Source: Azolla caroliniana
Lineage: Eukaryota; Plantae; Polypodiophyta
Direction: 5' to 3'
NCBI GenBank assembly: GCA_043228905.1
Contig: JBHGNT010001270.1
Coordinates: forward strand, 1-10,500
Length of the DNA stretch: 10,500 nucleotides
The position numbers were made by a program, and so were the translations under genes. A model generated the notes under the pieces. It worked only from the letters and a program-made list of their open reading frames with translations. It searched no databases and was not told the DNA's origin. This document shows, piece by piece, positions 8,901-10,500 of the stretch (its first letter is position 1; every line of letters begins with the position of its first letter).

Positions 8901-9575
8901 CACATTAGCTCATTCCAACATCATTCACGTGATTCTTATAATGCATGTCAAGTAAGGTCAAACAAGCTACGTTTTCTCATAAGCTAGTAAACCAAATGTT
9001 GGGAAATTGTCAAAACCACAGCTATCTCCAACACCGCTGAAAAACCATTTGAAGAGGCTCCAAAGGAAACTTAAACTGAAATACTTGCCTAGGCAATCCA
9101 CTTGTTTTCTGCAAAACAAAACCAATGACATTAAATATACACCACTTTGAGGGATCGGCTAAATATATATGCAAGATTTTATAGACCTTGCAATTTCAGC
9201 ACCCCTAGTAGTATGGAAACTATTGATTAAAACAGCTGTGGCAGTACCACTAGGATAAGTGAGCTTATAATCAATCACCATTATCTGCAAAAAAACAAAT
9301 ACTCAGAATATTGGCCAAACTATGTTCTTTTGATAATCCAAAAGCGCGTGTGAATAATGAAGAATGAATGGGTTTTGGGATAATTAAAACATCCTCATGT
9401 ACCTTTCGCAAAGGAACTAAACTAAAAATGCCTACAAAGCTGACAGTGAAAACAAAGGCCATCATCCATCCTAAAGATGGATTCTTCACGTCTTGCACTC
9501 GATTTCCAGACTCCGAAGATCCAATCAAGTTATACGAAGTTTCATCCATCGCAAGCATGTAGCTGCCGAATCCTC
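5072..9575 (-). CDS. YSL6: Yellow Stripe-Like metal-nicotianamine transporter (OPT superfamily), YSL4/YSL6 clade; 5'-partial, join(9575..9403, 9284..9187, 9108..8971, 6925..6736, 6637..6511, 5997..5072)
   Basis: Six exons (173+98+138+190+127+926 nt) joined by GT-AG introns of 118, 78, 2045, 98 and 513 bp with consistent phases give ~550 uninterrupted codons. Motifs: [95 protein letters not shown] and NPPICM. These closely resemble Arabidopsis YSL6 as I recall it. The N-terminal coding part lies beyond 10500. Confidence 0.96.
6247..6472. repeat. Degenerate tandem or low-complexity repeat in the last YSL intron
   Basis: TGCTATT at 6263, 6332, 6374 and 6428, with recurrent TCTACATG and TATCA in between. 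Confidence 0.5.
6511..6637 (-). CDS. YSL6: YSL internal exon
   Basis: aaacAG|GTT...CAA G|GTaaaa. Encodes [42 protein letters not shown]. Confidence 0.92.
6736..6925 (-). CDS. YSL6: YSL internal exon
   Basis: ttttatatAG|G TTC...AAG|GTgatt. Encodes [63 protein letters not shown]. Confidence 0.95.
8971..9108 (-). CDS. YSL6: YSL internal exon
   Basis: ttttgcAG|A AAA...AAA AC|GTagct. Encodes [45 protein letters not shown](T). Confidence 0.93.
9187..9284 (-). CDS. YSL6: YSL internal exon
   Basis: tttttgcAG|ATA...GCA AG|GTctat. Encodes [32 protein letters not shown](R). Confidence 0.93.
9403..9575 (-). CDS. YSL6: YSL internal exon (first in the window, probably coding exon 2)
   Basis: catacAG|GA GGA TTC...CGA AAG|GTacat. 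Encodes (G)[57 protein letters not shown]. Confidence 0.93.
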
Positions 9576-10029
9576 CTGTATGCATGATGATGACACCAAA
9601 CTCTTTATGAGTAGTAAATTGGAAAAAGTGGATTGCATTCATTGCATTCATTGTCATGACACGTACTTCAAGATACAAATGTTAAGCCAAAAAAATATCC
9701 ATTGTGATACAAGCAGAGATGATATGAAGGTAACAAAGAAAGCACAGGTGCATATCTTTAAAAATAAAACAAAAAACCACACTACGGTTCTTAAATACAA
9801 TCTAATCACTGTGTGACAAAAGTACGGATTTTGGAGAGAAGACAAGATTACATGTGCATATCTTCAACAAACCCCCAGAAAAGAGAAAACACATTACAAG
9901 TATTATGAATATCAGGTGTATGCAAAGCATCCATTGGAAATGTAAGGTGCTTTCCATTATGGTCCTACAGATAGCAAAATTTTATATGTGCATATCTTTA
10001 ACAAACCTAGAAGAGAAAACAGGCAGCCA

Positions 10030-10346
10030 TGCAATAACTATTATATACATTGCAAGCATAATGAACCTTTATCGATATCAAGGAGCTGCAATGACTGCTA
10101 CATATATTGCAAGCATGATGGACCTGTATCGAGTTCTAGCTATGGGCTCGGTTTCAGAACTAACCGAACTGAACTGTTAAGCCATGGTTTAACGGTTTAT
10201 TGGTTCCAAAAAGATTTAGTGGTTTGGTTATAAATGGTTATGTTTGGTTTTGTTCACCTTCTTTACCCATTGATATCAAGATCAAGGAGCTGCAATGACT
10301 CTTACATACATTGCAAGCATGAAGACCCTCTATTGAGATCAATGAG
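10030..10346 (+). repeat. 57-bp tandem repeat, 3 copies, with the second interrupted by an insertion
   Basis: Units start at 10030, 10087 and 10291. Approximate consensus TGCAATGACT-N2-TACATACATTGCAAGCATGATGRACCTNTATCGAGATCAAGGAGC. Confidence 0.9.
10134..10273. mobile_element. ~140-bp insertion, possibly a degenerate non-autonomous DNA transposon (hAT/MITE-like)
   Basis: Splits repeat unit 2. Flanked by TATCGAG (10127-10133) and TATCAAG (10274-10280). Rich in AACCG/CGGTT/GGTT motifs. Terminal inverted repeats are poor. Confidence 0.45.
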
Positions 10347-10382
10347 ATAACATGAAATTATATGAGCATATCTTCAAGCCAC

Positions 10383-10500
10383 CATACTATGATTCTTTCA
10401 TAAATTGAAAAATTCATTCAAATGCAAATGCCACATTCTATGACTACATGTGATAATGGAGAAAAGGCATGCACACATACTATGATTCTTTCATACATTG
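10383..10500 (+). repeat. 25-bp direct repeat, 2 copies
   Basis: CATACTATGATTCTTTCATAAATTG (10383-10407) and CATACTATGATTCTTTCATACATTG (10476-10500), one mismatch. The second copy reaches the window edge. Confidence 0.9.

Larger units (their letters stand above)
9748..10377 (+). repeat. Dispersed direct repeat with core (T/A)GCATATCTTYAA, 4 copies
   Basis: Long copies at 9848-9891 (TTACATGTGCATATCTTCAACAAACCCCCAGAAAAGAGAAAACA) and 9982-10021 (TTATATGTGCATATCTTTAACAAACCTAGAAGAGAAAACA). Shorter copies at 9748-9761 and 10358-10377. Confidence 0.85.
9576..10500 (-). other. YSL upstream intron (partial, at least 925 bp; donor outside the window)
   Basis: Phase-1 AG acceptor at 9577-9576. I found no YSL N-terminal motif (such as PFTRQENTVIQT) between 9576 and 10500. 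Confidence 0.8.

Noticed and set aside
9576-9678. Start codon for YSL within ORF 9271..9678
   Set aside because: Sequence upstream of GGFGSY is not YSL-like (it includes an ATTGCATTC micro-repeat), a phase-1 acceptor sits at the conserved position, and the N-terminal helices are missing.
9854-10233. Two ORFs both beginning MHIFNKP as a duplicated small gene
   Set aside because: They start at GTG codons in intronic direct repeats and read through the 57-bp (19-codon) repeat. There is no evidence of coding function.

Overview
AT-rich land-plant nuclear DNA, probably from a non-seed plant such as a moss, lycophyte or fern (inferred, not certain). Bases 1-~1980 are the 5' part of a decayed Ty3/Gypsy-type LTR retrotransposon on the + strand. 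It shows the end of an LTR with a 7-copy ~21-bp CATGCA array, a tRNA-Trp-type primer-binding site at 702-719, and a gag broken by two stops and two frameshifts. The gag has a recoverable CCHC zinc knuckle and is truncated before pol. A second, diverged gag fragment fused to an LTR-end-like hairpin lies at ~3145-3387. Bases 5072-9575 on the - strand carry six GT-AG exons (~550 aa, in frame) of a Yellow Stripe-Like metal-nicotianamine transporter of the YSL4/YSL6 clade; its N-terminal coding part lies beyond base 10500. The intron upstream of those exons is a mosaic of short repeats, including a 57-bp palindromic unit interrupted by a ~140-bp insertion. I found no convincing new biological system. 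The best leads are regulatory: the phased RY/CATGC array in the LTR and the IDE1-like 57-bp repeats in the YSL intron.
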